This document shows positions 13,392 to 27,576 of a stretch of 64,000 bases of DNA, piece after piece. Positions within the stretch are counted from its first letter, which is position 1; every line of letters starts with the position of its first letter. Source of the DNA: Kudoa neothunni (Eukaryota > Animalia > Cnidaria); NCBI GenBank assembly GCA_964304625.1, contig OZ199840.1:1962532-2026531 (forward strand), written 5' to 3'. The notes beneath the pieces are model-generated. The model searched no databases and was not told the origin of the DNA. It saw nothing but the letters and a program-made list of their open reading frames with translations. A program made the position numbers and the translations under genes.

Positions 13392-14832
13392 CACTATTGA
13401 CTTCGGTATATATTTCTCGAACTTTTTAAGCCTTTAATATTTATTATATTTTTAATTACCTTTTAATAATCCTTTATCTTTTAATATTATTATTTCGTGT
13501 TAATAACTGATTTCAACTTTCCGTTTCATCAATTTATCATTTGATTATCTTAATGATGATAATATTAATAATCTATAATTCAATATTTATAACCAATGTA
13601 GGAAAAATAGTAATATTAAATTATTAAGAGAATTATTATTAATTGAAATTGAACGTAATATTTCGCGTTAACGAATGTTAATCTCTTGCCGGTATCGAAT
13701 GAACTAACATATTTCATTATATAGATTAGTACTGAGTTTTACCTAAATTTATTTTATTTTATTAAAATTAAATGATATCGGTTATTTGTTTGATATTAGA
13801 TTATTTCGAATTAATTAGATAAATAATTCGAAAATTAATACTCTAAAGAACTTGAAGTTATTAAGACCGCAATATTTTACTGTATAAAATGTTTCAAACA
13901 TTTTTTTTAACAATTAAATTATAATTAAGTTCTATTAGTTATTTTTGGATTAAACTCAAAGTCAATATCGAGGTGGATCCCATTAAATCCTCTAAAGCTA
14001 AAGCAGAGTTTCCCAACCGGGGGGTAGATTTTAAATGGGAAAATTGCATAATACTGGCCGCATTTGACGACTGAAGATTGTAGTTAGACCGATGATTGAT
14101 CCAAAATTTATAAATTAGGATTGCATGATATATATTAAACAATTTCTGGTAGGAACGTGTGTGTTTTAACTCATAATTTTGTTGTCGTTGTTGTAACGTT
14201 AAACATTTGCTACAAATGAATACCTAATGATTTTATTAATAATGAAATTCCAATTTTTATAGATCCCTGAAATTAATAATAGGCAATCGTTAGAGAGAAA
14301 ATGAGATCACGCGTCAAAATCAGCGGTTACACATAACTTCAGAATACGTAAAAGGTGTTTTACGAGATTGAGTGTTATGGCCTGTAAAAATGACCGCGAG
14401 AGGCCAGGAGATATAAAATAGATTACAACTACTAACATGCATAACAAATGGACTATTCAATATAAGGTCGTGTTGCATCATTACTAAAAAATAATAAAAA
14501 TAACGTAATCAGCATGGCCGAATTTGTTCGTTATCGCTTATTAGGATTACGGTCATCATTCTGCAGTTTTACCCTTAAATGAAATGGGTTAGATTGAGTG
14601 ACAACAAAATTGGACGGGCAGAATTTTTGCATAATGGGGTTTGTGACGTACTTAAAATGTTCTAAGGAATTATATCATTCAGGATTATTTAACTCAATAA
14701 GAAGGAGGCAGAAATGCTCAAATTGTTTGTAGGAATAAATTCTTAACAACCACTTATAAAACTATTATCAGTTTCTTTCTTTTATACACAGTTTATCTTT
14801 TGCTGATGTAGTCTAATAATAATAATATTTAA

Positions 14833-15997
14833 CCCTCTAACGACCATTAAAAACGAGATACCTCCAACGATCATTTTGGGTCGAATCGACCCCATATTTT
14901 TATTTTATTTTTCTTTTCTAAAAAATATTTTGTTTCGGTTTATAAAATATGTAAGAAATCTGTCCAGGAAATTTTGAGTAAATTTTAAGTTTACTAACCC
15001 ATTAATCTTCGATAATCCGTTAATGTACGGATTCAGATACCTTCGCTACATATCGTTAATATTACATATTGAGGAAACGGAGGCTACAGTGTGAAATGAG
15101 ATTCATTTATACAAACTAATTTAATGATGCTAGTTATTAAAATTTTACCGAAATTAAAACAAACATAACATAACACCACCTACGTAATATATTATTGCTC
15201 TTGGTTTAATTTTCTTCAAATTTAAAACACTTAATGAAACATCTAACTGGATAGTCATTGCAAAAATGGCGATTGCTCAATCCACAAATAACAACAATCA
15301 AGTATTGATTTTACGCTCAACGTCGTATAGATTGTTGAGCGAGGCTGGGAGGTTAAAAAAATATTTTCTGTGCTTTTTCTTGACGTTGATCTTTTTTTAA
15401 AATTCTAAATTAACCCATATTTGCTAATAAATGAATTATCGTATATGTCCATATCGTCGTCATCAGTTTCTTGAGAGATCCTCAATTATAACATCCTCAT
15501 ATTCACTACCAGAAGACTAATCTTTATGGAATAAAAAATTAAATTTAGAATTCATAGATATCATCCTGATACTAAATTACTATTAATGATAAGAAATATT
15601 TTATATTGTCTAGTACAATTGATCGCTGAAATTGTGCACAAGCAATGTTCGATTAGGTTGCGTAAGGTTAGTCCGAGGATTAATTTTGATTTTCCTTAGA
15701 ATTCTGTCGGTAATTTTATTTAATACATCACATAACAAATTTAATGAAATTTTTGTACAAATTGATGAAATAAAAAGAAAGGGTCGATTCGACCCCCCAA
15801 ATCCAAATGATCGTTTGAGGGTAACCTTCAAATTTGGCTACATAAAAAAACCTGCATTATCCAATTTTCCTCGGTTACATAGAAGACTATATTTGTGAAG
15901 AATTGCTTGAATTCAAGAACATTATAATAAAGGGAGGAGAAATTATACGTTACACAATTCTACTTTGGGGTCGAATCAACCCAGTATCGTTAGAGGG
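14833..15997. mobile_element. Non-autonomous piggyBac element
   Basis: TTAA|ccctctaacga ... tcgttagaggg|TTAA: perfect 11-bp TIR with TTAA TSD. Palindromic gggtcgaatcgaccc-type motifs at about 14878, 15781 and 15967. Confidence 0.85.
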
Positions 15998-16275
15998 TTA
16001 AAGTGGGTATTTACATGGTAAATAATATTTAGATATCACTAGTTTTGACTATTTTAAACTATTTCCGGCACCTAAAAGCTAAGAAATAGATCCGATATAA
16101 TTTAATTTGACATAATCAAAAAAATTAAGTCTGTAGGTAGTTGGTGTGAAAGAGTTGATGGGATAAACAATTATCATTAAGCAAGCGTACATGTCTTTTA
16201 GGATCAGGTTTTATCATGCAAAAAGCCTCTGCTACGGCTAAACCAGCATAAAATCATAATGAGCCTGGAAAATGT

Positions 16276-16720
16276 GGCACGGTGGTGTTAGGTCGAGATC
16301 GCATACCTTGAGATTGCGAGTTCGAAGCCTAGCCCAGGTGTTCTTGTACTCCTAATCCTAAATTAAATAGGAAGGCTGTAGTAATCTAATCGCAAGGATC
16401 TACCTACGATTTATCGTGGTCTTGCTTGCAGCCGAGAGTGAAGCCTGGCGGAAGGGTAGAACTCGGGTGCTAATATACTCATTAACTCCAGGTTACAGGA
16501 ACGAAATAAAATCCAGTAGAGAGAGGGTTTCCGTGGAGCCGACGTCCGTATCCAGGCGACTATCCCAGACTAATTTGGGGGTTAGCCCAGGGTATGGTTG
16601 CTTCGAAACGAGTATGTTTGTGGGTTAAAATCTAATGCTACCGCATAAACGTAAGCCGCCTTAATTAATATGATGCTGCAGTGCCTAAAGCGTAAATGGA
16701 GCAGGCCTAACCAGCCCCAA
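16276..16720 (+). mobile_element. tRNA-derived SINE-like element (GC-rich island)
   Basis: tRNA-like head with A-box-like tggtgttagg, B-box gagttcgaagcc and ggcac/gtgtt acceptor-like pairing. A body motif is shared with 55690-55713 (-). Confidence 0.55.
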
Positions 16721-18478
16721 TTTCACAACCTAAAAAGTTGCACCAGGAGTTTGATCTTGTAAACAAAAAAAAGTATAAATTCTTAAAGTGGAATGAATTC
16801 ATCTTCCAAGTTAAGGAGATAAAATTGGATTTTTCTCCATAACTAGTTGGCGAATTTAAAAAAATTGTTAAAACCTCTGCTCTAGCTCTAATGCAGTGGT
16901 TTTTAATCTTTTTGCTCACGAATCCGAATACGTTCGATGAACTTAAAGCAGGATTCTTTTTTAATGCGTTATCTAAGCAAATATATAATATTTTAACTTT
17001 AATTATTTGTCCCAAATTTTTAATGTTATTAAAATATCTATGATATAGATTATTGGTGTGATGATTTTATTTTAAAATAATTAAGATTTTTTATTACTAA
17101 AAATGACTTATTTTGTTTATTAAAAGAATTAATAACCTTGATATCTATCCTAATCATTTAGTCAGAAATTATTTAAAACTTTAACCAAGTATAGAAAAAA
17201 GTGCATAATATTTTAAAATACAAAAGTAAATAAAATTTAAAATATATTTGAATTTAAATGTTGAAAAATAAAATCTAAATAAAAACGCTCTTATAATAAA
17301 AGTATTTTTGCTATATAATATCTTTAGTTTTGTTAATTAATGCGTTTATTAAAATAAAGAGTTAGAAAGGAAGGATTATTTTTTAAATGATTGCAAATAT
17401 GATGAAAAAACATATTTTTTGTATATAATAATTAACTTTAATAGAATATTTAATGAGATTTTTGCTCCTGATTATTATAAACTAATCCACAAAATTTTTT
17501 AATCGAAAATGGAACATATACCTATGCGATGTTCATTTTTAATCGCGGTAACGTCTATTTATAATTTATTCATAACGTTTTTTTAGAATCTGCTGTACTT
17601 AATTACTTTCGACCCGTCGCTACCACTCGAAGGGGTTCAGAACAATTAAATACAGTCAAAACTACACATAACTAGATATTATGATCCGTGTCAACAGCCA
17701 TTTCCTTGTTTTCATAGTAATTCTTTTTGCTTTTATAAATTAACAAAAATAAGCTGTTATGAAAGGAGTAATCATTCTAAATTCATGATCCGCCACATTT
17801 ATAATATAATATTTCAAATTTTTATCCACTAACTTACTAAATAAACTTGTTTTTATAAGCGTTTTTACGAAATAAATAATAACAAAAAGAAATATTGTAA
17901 AAAATACTAAAAATTTATAAGAAACTATACCTCACGACTATATTTGATATTTTTAATAATTACGCTAATACTAAAAATTACCCAATTATAATGAATGTAT
18001 ATTGGGAAAATTGGATTCAGATTTTATTGATATCACTCACGTAACTCAGGCTAAGAATAACTAATATAAAAAATACATAAAGATCGAAAATTGGCGTATT
18101 TGCTATACTTTTTTGGAAAATGATGAAAATATAATCACACTTTTTCCACAAAAAATCCAAGTTAAATAATTATAGTCAATCGATTTATTAATTTGAAACC
18201 AATCGATAGAATATAAAATGTATTAAAGTTTTCGCCGAAAACTACATCCCCCAAAAAATCACACCTTCGCCCCTGAAGAGTCGATTACATTCGACAATCT
18301 AGTTGATTAGTAACTTAGTCTTTGTTTAGGCGGCACTAATATCCAATTAACTGAATATATAAAGGATCAAATAAATAATCCACAAAACTAATATAAATAT
18401 CAGAATCAAAAGTAAAAACATATTATAGTCAAAATAGGTCAAATCAACGCTAAATTATAGAGCGAAAACACGTTTCCA

Positions 18479-18940
18479 CTACTCATCTTTGAATATTTCA
18501 ACGTCAGGTTGGAAAAACCGTTTTTCATGGGATTTATTTTTGGCAAATTCCTTCAACATCACAAAAACTTGATTATTGTACATTTCAGGGGCAGGTTTCT
18601 GTTCGGTGATCCAGTAGAATAGTTCCCAATCGTTGCTTGGACGATTGATCAGCAAATCATACTGATCGAGTTCGTTTTTGGTAAAACTACCAAGATATTT
18701 TCCTGCGAACAATGACAGGATAAGACAGTTTTCAATCATCCCACGTTTTCGGCTTTGATAAAGCAAACGGGCTCGTTTGTCTCTAAGCGATTCGTGTGGT
18801 TTTAATGAAAAGTTGTGATTTCCTTCATCTTCATATTTCTCATCAAAAATGACTGATTCTATTTTATATCTTATTGTGGGTATAAAAATTTTATTATTAA
18901 ATCGACAAAATGCTGTAGCAGCTGTTAGGCAGGCCCTCAT
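18479..18940 (-). CDS. SDHAF2: Succinate dehydrogenase assembly factor 2 (Sdh5), intronless
   Basis: [27 protein letters not shown]...[23 protein letters not shown] is the Sdh5/SdhE signature. First ATG is at 18940, followed by a transit-peptide-like N-terminus. Confidence 0.95.
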   Translation of the reverse strand: MRACLTAATAFCRFNNKIFIPTIRYKIESVIFDEKYEDEGNHNFSLKPHESLRDKRARLLYQSRKRGMIENCLILSLFAGKYLGSFTKNELDQYDLLINRPSNDWELFYWITEQKPAPEMYNNQVFVMLKEFAKNKSHEKRFFQPDVEIFKDE

Positions 18941-19500
18941 AATGTAAATATTTAAAGATGCGTACGCATACGAGATAATATAAAAATATTTTGGGATAAA
19001 TTGAATATTATTTTTAAAATTAAACAATTTTATTTATAAATAATATGTGTTAATTTTGAAAAATTCAATCATAACCATATTTTTTATAATCCTCCGTATG
19101 TCGTACATTGGTGTTATCACTTACACACTTAAACTATTCAATGATTATTGATAGATGTTAGAAATATTTAATTTCTAACGAAAATAATAAATTTAAATAG
19201 TTTTATAACGATTTTCTCATAAATTTTAATAATAAACAAGTAATTGTTTGTTGTTATTGGTGATGATTTTGAGAAAGGTCCCAAATGTATTTATTGTTGT
19301 TATTGACTATTTACGTAATAAATTAATATTTAAAAATTTCATTAATTTATACATATAACCAATTTGGAGATATTCGAAAAAAAATTGGGTACATCATGAG
19401 AATTAAACGTTTGTCAGATTGTTTGTTTGTTTTCTCACTTGATAAACACGATAAACGTGGTCTTTCGCCGCCTTTTCCGTAGACTTGTGGTGGTAGGGAA

Positions 19501-22500
19501 ATGTGTAAAGTTCGTGCAAAATGCTTGATTCTTTTTACGATATTAATAAATTATGGAACGGATTGTTTATGGACGAAACGTAATAAAAATTTTTATTCGC
19601 AATTATATATGCATAAAAATATCTATGTATAAAAATATCTATGCATAAAAATATATATGCATAAAAATATATATGCATAAAAATATATATGCATAAAAAT
19701 ATATATGCATAAAAATATATATGCATAAAAATATATATGCATAAAAATATCTATGTATAAAAATATATATGCCTGTACGGAATAGGAGAACTTGTAAAAG
19801 ATGTTGATTATATCACAAGTACCTTTATTACATGGAATAATACCAATCCTAAGTAGGTGGTTTTTAAAAGTGGTTTTTATTGATTATTTTTAAGATCACT
19901 GGATACCTACGCTAGTATAACTCTTTTGAAGAAGGGAATCCTCATTTCTGAGATGGTTTTCCGACCACCTAATCTTTGTAAAATTGAGGTGGTACAAAAT
20001 GTTCGAAATAGAAATTGCATGGAAGCTGCTTTTAATTTGACCCTAGATAAAAGTTATCTCGTAATTAATATTGCAATTCGATAACAGTAATTTTGTTGGG
20101 ACACATTTTTACCAGACTTACCATTTGTCGAATACTTTTTACATATACATTGTGTATGATCCACGAAAGTGCAGATACCTTCGCCCTTTAGAAAAAGAAG
20201 ATGACTTTGTAATCTATGGTTATGAAGATAGTAATTCGATGATAGAACTTGTTTTGGGAGTTAATGGTTTGGTAGAAAAATATAATGAGTGTACAATGGA
20301 TTATGTTGATAAATCAAACGTAATATCGGCGGCAAGTACTTTCGATGTTGGATTTGAGCATTACAAAGCACTCGAGTTGAATCAGTCGTATGTTGAGAAT
20401 AATTTATTGATTATAATTAAAAATAAATGAAGCAATTCGAACGTGGTATCTTCTGGTTGGTGTCCCACTGAAAATGACAAGCTCCCTTGGCTTCAATTCA
20501 CATTTGAAAAGATTATAAAAATAAATAAAATATTGATATTTGATATTTTCAAGCCGGTAAACAAGCAGGGAAGACAAGTTTATTTTAGTTATTCATACAA
20601 TGGAATCTCATGGATCAATTATACGTTGGTAGGGATTGAGCCAAAATCCATTCGTACTAATTTGAATTGAATTAGAGCAGCGATAAAAGTCAGGCGGAGT
20701 TGTTTTCAATCGACGTCGCAAATACCGGAAAGACAGACAATAATACCATCTATAGTGTAGAATTCTCGAAACATATTCTGGCCATTCATCTTCGATTGCA
20801 TTTGGTCAAAGATAATGAAATTTTCTGCTTGCAAGCACAAGTACATGGGTGTCCTTTGGTATTGGGTAATAATTGATATCCAGAAAGCAAGTAAATGTGT
20901 TCTTAATGAATATATTTAGATTATGATGTCACTCAACAATTTAAAGATTTTTGGATGGATGACTACAACAGTTACCTTGTTTATAAAGTAATTTGTTCGA
21001 ATTCATCAAGGAAATTTGTTGAATAGCATGAATTTACTGAACCACAAAAATTCCGATGTGCCGATATTCACTTACAAATCGATGGCCATACTGAAGATAA
21101 AAATGGCGCCTACACCACCCTCGTTGTGGAAACTATCTCGGAATTTCAAACCCCCACACACATCAACAATTACAAACATGTGTGACATAATTTAAGAATA
21201 ATTCTACTGTTTTTCGTTTGTTTTTAGACTACGATAGGATTTCAACACTACTTCGATGATCGAAAAGTTAAGGTCACTAATTTTGTTGGTTTTCCGATGG
21301 ATATTGTATTTCAAAAATTATTCCTTCGTCTGCAACCTTCAAATGATAACGTTTATCCCAGTGTTCAACAGATCACAACCTATAAAAGTGTATTGGTGCC
21401 CGAGATTTGGTATGTATAGATAGAATTGAGTTTGAGTGACTCCTTACATAGCCAAGTGAAATGTAACCGAAGAGCGAGTTTGATTTCGTGCACGCTGACA
21501 TCGAGAAATATTCATTTAAAAGATTTATTGATAAAATGGGTTTATCATGATCTCTATTTGAATCAAAGTTCCCCCACCTTTCACGCTTATGTAACACACA
21601 TTTTGATATGACAACAATTTTAGTTAAATTTAATGCTCAATAGTATGAAAATGGCAATGTGTTGGATAGGAAAACATATCAACTTTTGTTCTCCGTCTCT
21701 AACAATCCCAATGTTAATTTTATCACTTTCGAAGTTTATCTCTCCAAATTTCCTCATCTCACTCTGTGCAGCGAGATCATTGTTCTGCAAGAAGATTACG
21801 TCCCAACTTGGCCGTTGTTAAATAACTCTCGGATTAATTCTCAGATTGGTTTCACCAATATGCTTGTCAACAGAAATAATTTTAAGTCCGTGTTCGAATT
21901 CTCGAAGTTTCAGGACGGATCCTACCAACCGATTATTCGTTACAATGTTAATTTTAAAATACCCGCGGAAAATCAATCCTTCTCATGGCTCGCGTCAACC
22001 GACATTGAGAATCAATTTAGCTTGACCACAGTTGAACATATGGATGATAAAAAATGTTTATTTGACTATTTTAACTACATTCACAGGTTCACTCCTGATA
22101 TGTTCGTGCTTCACTATTTATTTTCATTGTATCCTAACAACATCACCATTAGCCCCCGAATGACTTCAATTGTTACATTAGATATCAAACGTAATCAGTT
22201 AAATGGCTGATTCCTATTGAATCCAAATCATAGATATCAGTTTGGACAACAATATTCTTCCCATTATTGAATATTCTCCTTTTATGAATGCTTTTGTCCT
22301 AAAATATTATTGTTCCGTCTCACTTTGCTTTATGGACAGCGCTCATGTGTATAAATTTTCCGAAAGAAAATGGTATCGAAAACCAGTCAACGCCCTAGTT
22401 GAATGGAGAATTAAAGTTAGATTTGGCGATGTGGTTGATCTCTCAAACGAAACCGAATGGTTGGGTGTCTACAGATGGGCAGCTATTGTGCTGGATTCGA

Positions 22501-22888
22501 CCAATCCGGTTCCTAGGAGTATTTCAAGCCAACCTATCCACAACAAACCAAATTCCTCTGAAAATTATTTGTTTGAAAAAAATTGCTACTGTAGTTTCGA
22601 TTTTGCCAAAAAGAATCACCTAAATATTGATTTGATTTTGAAATCAATCCCTTGCTGTTCGTTAATGGATCCTCACTTGTATATGGTCGTGATTGAACAT
22701 CTTTACGCTATAAAAACCACTCAGATTCAACTAAAAGTAATGAAAAATATGTTTATTATATACAATGTTATAATCTTGTATAGAATAACTCCCTGTTAGA
22801 GATTATTGATTTAATGCTAACCCACTTGGATCACAAAACAATAAGTTACATTATGGGATATTTCGATATCAACACTACGTATATCTGA
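19501..22888 (+). CDS. Secreted/ectodomain region with an F5/8 type C (discoidin) domain; probably the N-terminal half of the adhesion GPCR at 25375-27576
   Basis: Signal-peptide-like first exon MCKVRAKCLILFTILINYGTDC. Discoidin motifs ECTM..VISAAST..SGWCPTENDKLPWLQFTF..YFSYSYNGISWINY..HLRLHL..CLQAQVHGCP. Further Cys-containing exons run to about 22880. Confidence 0.7.
19611..19770. repeat. 16-bp tandem repeat (GCATAAAAATATATAT) x10, intronic
   Basis: Ten head-to-tail units, a few with atctat or gtat variants, and no unique spacers. Confidence 0.95.
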
Positions 22889-23806
22889 TTTGATTATTAA
22901 CTTAAGTTGAATAATCGTATTAGTGTGTGCTAATATTTGTAAGTAATTGATTTATTTAGTTTAACGGGTTAAATATATAATTTATTCTAATTATTTATCA
23001 CGATTATACAATTTTTAATGGACAAAAAGGGTACCCACGTAACGTAATTTCCTACGATAGATGACGAGTTTTATTTAATTTTAAAAACATCATGCCATAT
23101 TAGTATCAAATTGTAAGTAATTTATTCTAATTTTAACTCCGGACGTTGCTAAAATTAAAATAAGGATAGTATCTCCAAATAACACATGATTAAAGTTTAA
23201 CCAGAGTTAATATGAAAATTAAGTAGTTTATAGACATGAATATAAAAGTAATATTATTTAAATTTGAAAATTTTTTGACTTTTGAAATGATTAAGATTAA
23301 ATTAAATAAGATAGGGAAGAACGAATGGAAAAGAGTCACGTGATTTAAGTTTTATTCAGTTACCTAAAAAATTCAATAATTAAAAAAATGGCAAATTAGA
23401 AGCAATAATATTATAATATTAAATTAATTGTTTAATTAACACTAAAGCAATTGAGAGAATAGGTACAAAATAAATTTTATTAAAGTTTTGATTTATTAGA
23501 GGATCAAAAAGATCCCGCTGCTTCAGATATGCTCAGCAACATCAGAATGTGTTAAGTTAATTGCTTAATTTGATAAAATTTATATTATTACGATTTATCT
23601 TTAATATCTGTTTCATATATTTTATTCGTCATCCTTGGCATTAATTTTTTTGTTAATGTCCACGTTTTCCATTAAACTAGATTAAAAATTTTAAACTACG
23701 TTGAACAATAATTAATAAAATGTAATACATGAATATCATCGGCTGATATACTTAAAAATGTGTATAAATGAGAGATATTGTAATATTAAGACAAGAAATT
23801 GAATTT

Positions 23807-24967
23807 TTAACGTAGCCTAATAATTGTTGGATTAATTTTACCCCAAAACGATGTTATTAATGGTATATCTATTTATACAGTAAACCAATACCTAATAGAT
23901 TCCAATTATTCTCCTAATAAAAGTTTGTCTTTGGTTAGATGGGAAAATTTTTACCGATAAATTATTGTAAAGTTTTATTTTATCATGTAATGGTCTTAGG
24001 GATAAAATTTACCTCATGTTTTTGTTATTAAAAATATTTGAAAAAATGTAAAAAATTTCAAATTTAATTATAATGAAATTCTTATGAGTAGTTTTTGTAG
24101 AAAATAAGGAAATGTTGGATAAATTAATGAAAGCGCGCGCGCGGACTATATGATGATATGCGATTCTAACGATTTAATTGATGAATTTTGTTCATCATAT
24201 AATGAATATCATGCGTTTGACAAAGAAATATTCTCTCTAATGTTTTTTGCTGAAAAAATTGACCTTAGACACATTAAGGGGAAAACTAAAGAGAGCCCAC
24301 CATGTCTCCAATCATCCCTAATAGAGCCCCCTGTGGCAGCATTTTTGTTTTCAGTGAAAAGTATATGTTGGAATCTCATGATCCCAATAAATCAATATGC
24401 GCGATTTTCTTAAAGAAATCGCTGAACAATTATACAAAACATTGTTGATAACAAATTCCACAAACATAACAAAAAAATAGGTTTCTGCATTGTTTTGCTT
24501 CTCAGCAGGGACTTCTTCTTAATGTAAAGCGAGCAAAACGTAAAAAAAGTGCGGGGAAAAATGATAAAAAATCTCTCAAATGATGCGAAAATTATTATAA
24601 ATTTTATTGTCCATTTTACGCGTTTAATACATGTTTTAACTTCTCATAACTTTCAAGAATTTTTCATATGTTTTGTTGTAATATTTTGACTGACAAAACA
24701 AGCTTAATTCCGCTTCATTGACGCAATTACTTTTTAAATAAAACATCAATGTGTACCTACATAAGACGGATCGTAAACGAAGCAGATTATCACAGGGATT
24801 ACGTCAAAATTTCATATGGATTTGCCGGTGTTTCATCCATAGGAATTAAAAATTATTCCGCATTATTGACTTTTAGATATTTTAAAGCGTCATAATTCAA
24901 AAAAATGTGGGGTAAAATTTACTCCAAAGTCCATTACACGCTTGTTGTTTTTGGGATCATTAGAGGG
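23807..24967. mobile_element. Decayed piggyBac-type non-autonomous element between the discoidin and 7TM exons
   Basis: Right end tcattagaggg|TTAA. GGGGTAAAATTTTACCCC-like palindromes at about 23835, 23941, 23999 and 24909. The left end is eroded. Confidence 0.5.
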
Positions 24968-25374
24968 TTAATATTATTTATTTACTATATTATTAATGTA
25001 TTTTTAATTCATCTCAACCATTAGGACTTCTTGAGGAAATTTGAAAGTTTTGCTTTATAAAAATGTACTAGATTTTTAGCATTATAAATTTATTATGTTT
25101 TTTTAATATAATACTTTAATTTGCCTGATTAACAAAATATTTTATTATTTTGCTAACGATATTATTATTATATTGTCAATTCATTAACTGTCTAAATATA
25201 TTTCAATTGAAATAACTCTAATTAATAAAATGATAAAACGTTGGAATGCGATTATCGTTCAGCTTTGTAATATAGTTAATAATTTCAAATTGAAAAATAT
25301 TTTTTAAGCACACACCCAAAGACGATTTTTCACATTTTACCAATTATTTGAAATGTGTATTAATATTTTTCAAG

Positions 25375-27576
25375 TGAACTATATAAATATGCCGCCCTGA
25401 ACTCATCAATAACTACCCGTGGAATCCTGTTGAATTGTTCTCTTCAACCCTCACCATTTAGCACCACTGAGCTGAATTGTTTGAATATTAAAAAAATGCA
25501 TGATGTTGTATGTAACGACCTGTTGTTGCATAAGGTTGAACATTTTTCTGTCAAACATCACCTATTTATTCATCCATCCCCATCAAATTTGACCACACCA
25601 TGTGTGAAACCATTTTACCGCTTATTCGATTCGGGAAAAGGACTCAATGTTATTACCACCAATCTGACCAGCAGCTTGATTTTCGATTCGGATAATGTAT
25701 ACAGTTTGATTAGCAAATTATTTTCTTACGTAATAATTTAGAAGTTTGTTACTTATTCATGTATATCAAGTGACAACCTAGCTGATATATGTAAATTTTT
25801 TGCTATAATATAATTTAAAATGTTAAATTCTAGATTTTGAAACCAACTCTGACTACGACTACTGTATTGCAACTTAGCTAGTTATGTGACTGCCAACCAA
25901 GAGCGCTTTCGCATTTTGTTGATTTAAATATTACATAATAGAAAACGATGTTTAATAATTTTAAATTTAATAATTAAATATTCTAAACAAATTTTTAATC
26001 GAATGTTAGTTAAATATGACATTTTTGAATGTGCGCGAGGTTAAAATTAAAAAAATTATCGAAAAACCATGTGATAATAATAATATATAAACAAACTATA
26101 TCTTATAAAATTTATATCTGGTATATTTGCGCAAATTTAAAAAATTATTCATTAACAAAATATAAAATTAACTATTTTCGCGCATTTTGGCAAGACTAAT
26201 TCTACTTTAACTTAATGGTTATCTAAAAGATTATTTCTAGATATGGGGAACAATTCGAATATCCACGTATGCAACACTACTTTGAATACACATAAACGCT
26301 CAATTGAATGCCAATGTTATCAAAATTTCTCCAATGGTTCGTTTTATCATGTGAAATTATTGGCGGTAAAAGATTATTATAGTCCAATATTATATCTGTC
26401 TTTATAGTTTCCCAGTAAAAATGAAACAGTATTTTGCCAAAATACCAAACTTTACCCCACACTTACCAGCATTAGTGGGATTGTGTTGTGTTGGCATCGC
26501 TTTTAACTGTTTTGGTAGTAACCATTTTTTTCCTAAGGTGATTTTTGTTTTAATTGCATTTGATAATTAGTTTGTTTAGAAAAGAATTTATCTATTTGTC
26601 TTTCGCCATCTATGAGATAATTTGTTGGATTGGGTTTTTCATTAGTCAGATTTTGTTTTATCACCAAATAATATCAATCGATGATGTTTTGATGTATTCG
26701 CTAATGTTTGCGGGATGGCCTCGTACGTTGTGCTCTTTAATAAAAATCCTCATGGTTAAATATTATGAAAATCCTCGTATCAAACCAATGGTGATTTTAT
26801 CTCTGGTTCTTCATGTTTGTTTGACAGTTGGTTTGTTTCTGGGCTTGAATGCCTTAAAATCTTATCGTGGCCCCACAAAATATACATCATCAGAGACAAC
26901 GGCTTATTTCAGAAATCGAATTAGAGATTATTTGTAAATATTTTATGATTTTTATTGATGAAATAAACTATATTAGATGCTATTCACACATATCTATTGG
27001 TCTGTTGTTGATGCTTGTATACTTTGTGTGTGCTGGTCTGCTTCGCAGATATTTCATTTTCGAATGGAAATTGGAAACATTCTCCGAATTTGTCAACCAA
27101 TTCAACAACATATGGAATCATGCATTTACAAATGATTTCCTTGTTTCAATGGAATTGGCGCGAATTTTACTTATCAGCTTGGGCAACATTCTTATTGTGT
27201 TGTTCGAATTGACCGACTTTAAATTCGTCCAATTCTATGGAATTTTCTTCATGGTGTGTGTGTTGGCGACAGTCGTCACATTGCTACTGGCGATTCTATC
27301 CATGTTAATTTCAGATTCCAACTATTTAAGCGACACCACTATAGTTGAAATGCGTATATTATTCTCAATTTTAATCGTTCAAAAATTCGCATATTCAATC
27401 TAGATGACGATCATATCAAAGGAAAAATCCCAGCTCAAAAAGAACTTCCTCAAACCACCAATCTTCATACAAACACAGGCGAAAAATATTACGAATCCAT
27501 CGATAATCTTCATTCTCACAAAATACAGAATGAAATCGATGGGTTGCTACCTCCTTTTGTGAACGAGAATGAATAG
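25375..27576 (+). CDS. GPS-like motif plus seven-transmembrane region (divergent adhesion-class GPCR)
   Basis: The exon at 26240 encodes HVCNTT..SIECQCYQNFSN just before seven hydrophobic segments: PALVGLCCVGIAF, FIYLSFAIYEIICWIGFF, VLMYSLMFAGW, MVILSLVLHVCLTVGLFL, ISIGLLLMLVYFVCAGLL, ILLISLGNILIVLF and FYGIFFMVCVLATVVTLLLAIL. A hydrophilic tail ends NENE*. Confidence 0.65.

Noticed and set aside
15610-15898. Overlapping ORFs on both strands
   Set aside because: They lie inside a non-autonomous piggyBac element and show no recognisable protein motifs.
19611-19770. Possible CRISPR array, or real protein from ORF 19535-19726
   Set aside because: Head-to-tail 16-mers with no unique spacers, inside a eukaryotic intron. 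The ORF is a repeat artefact.
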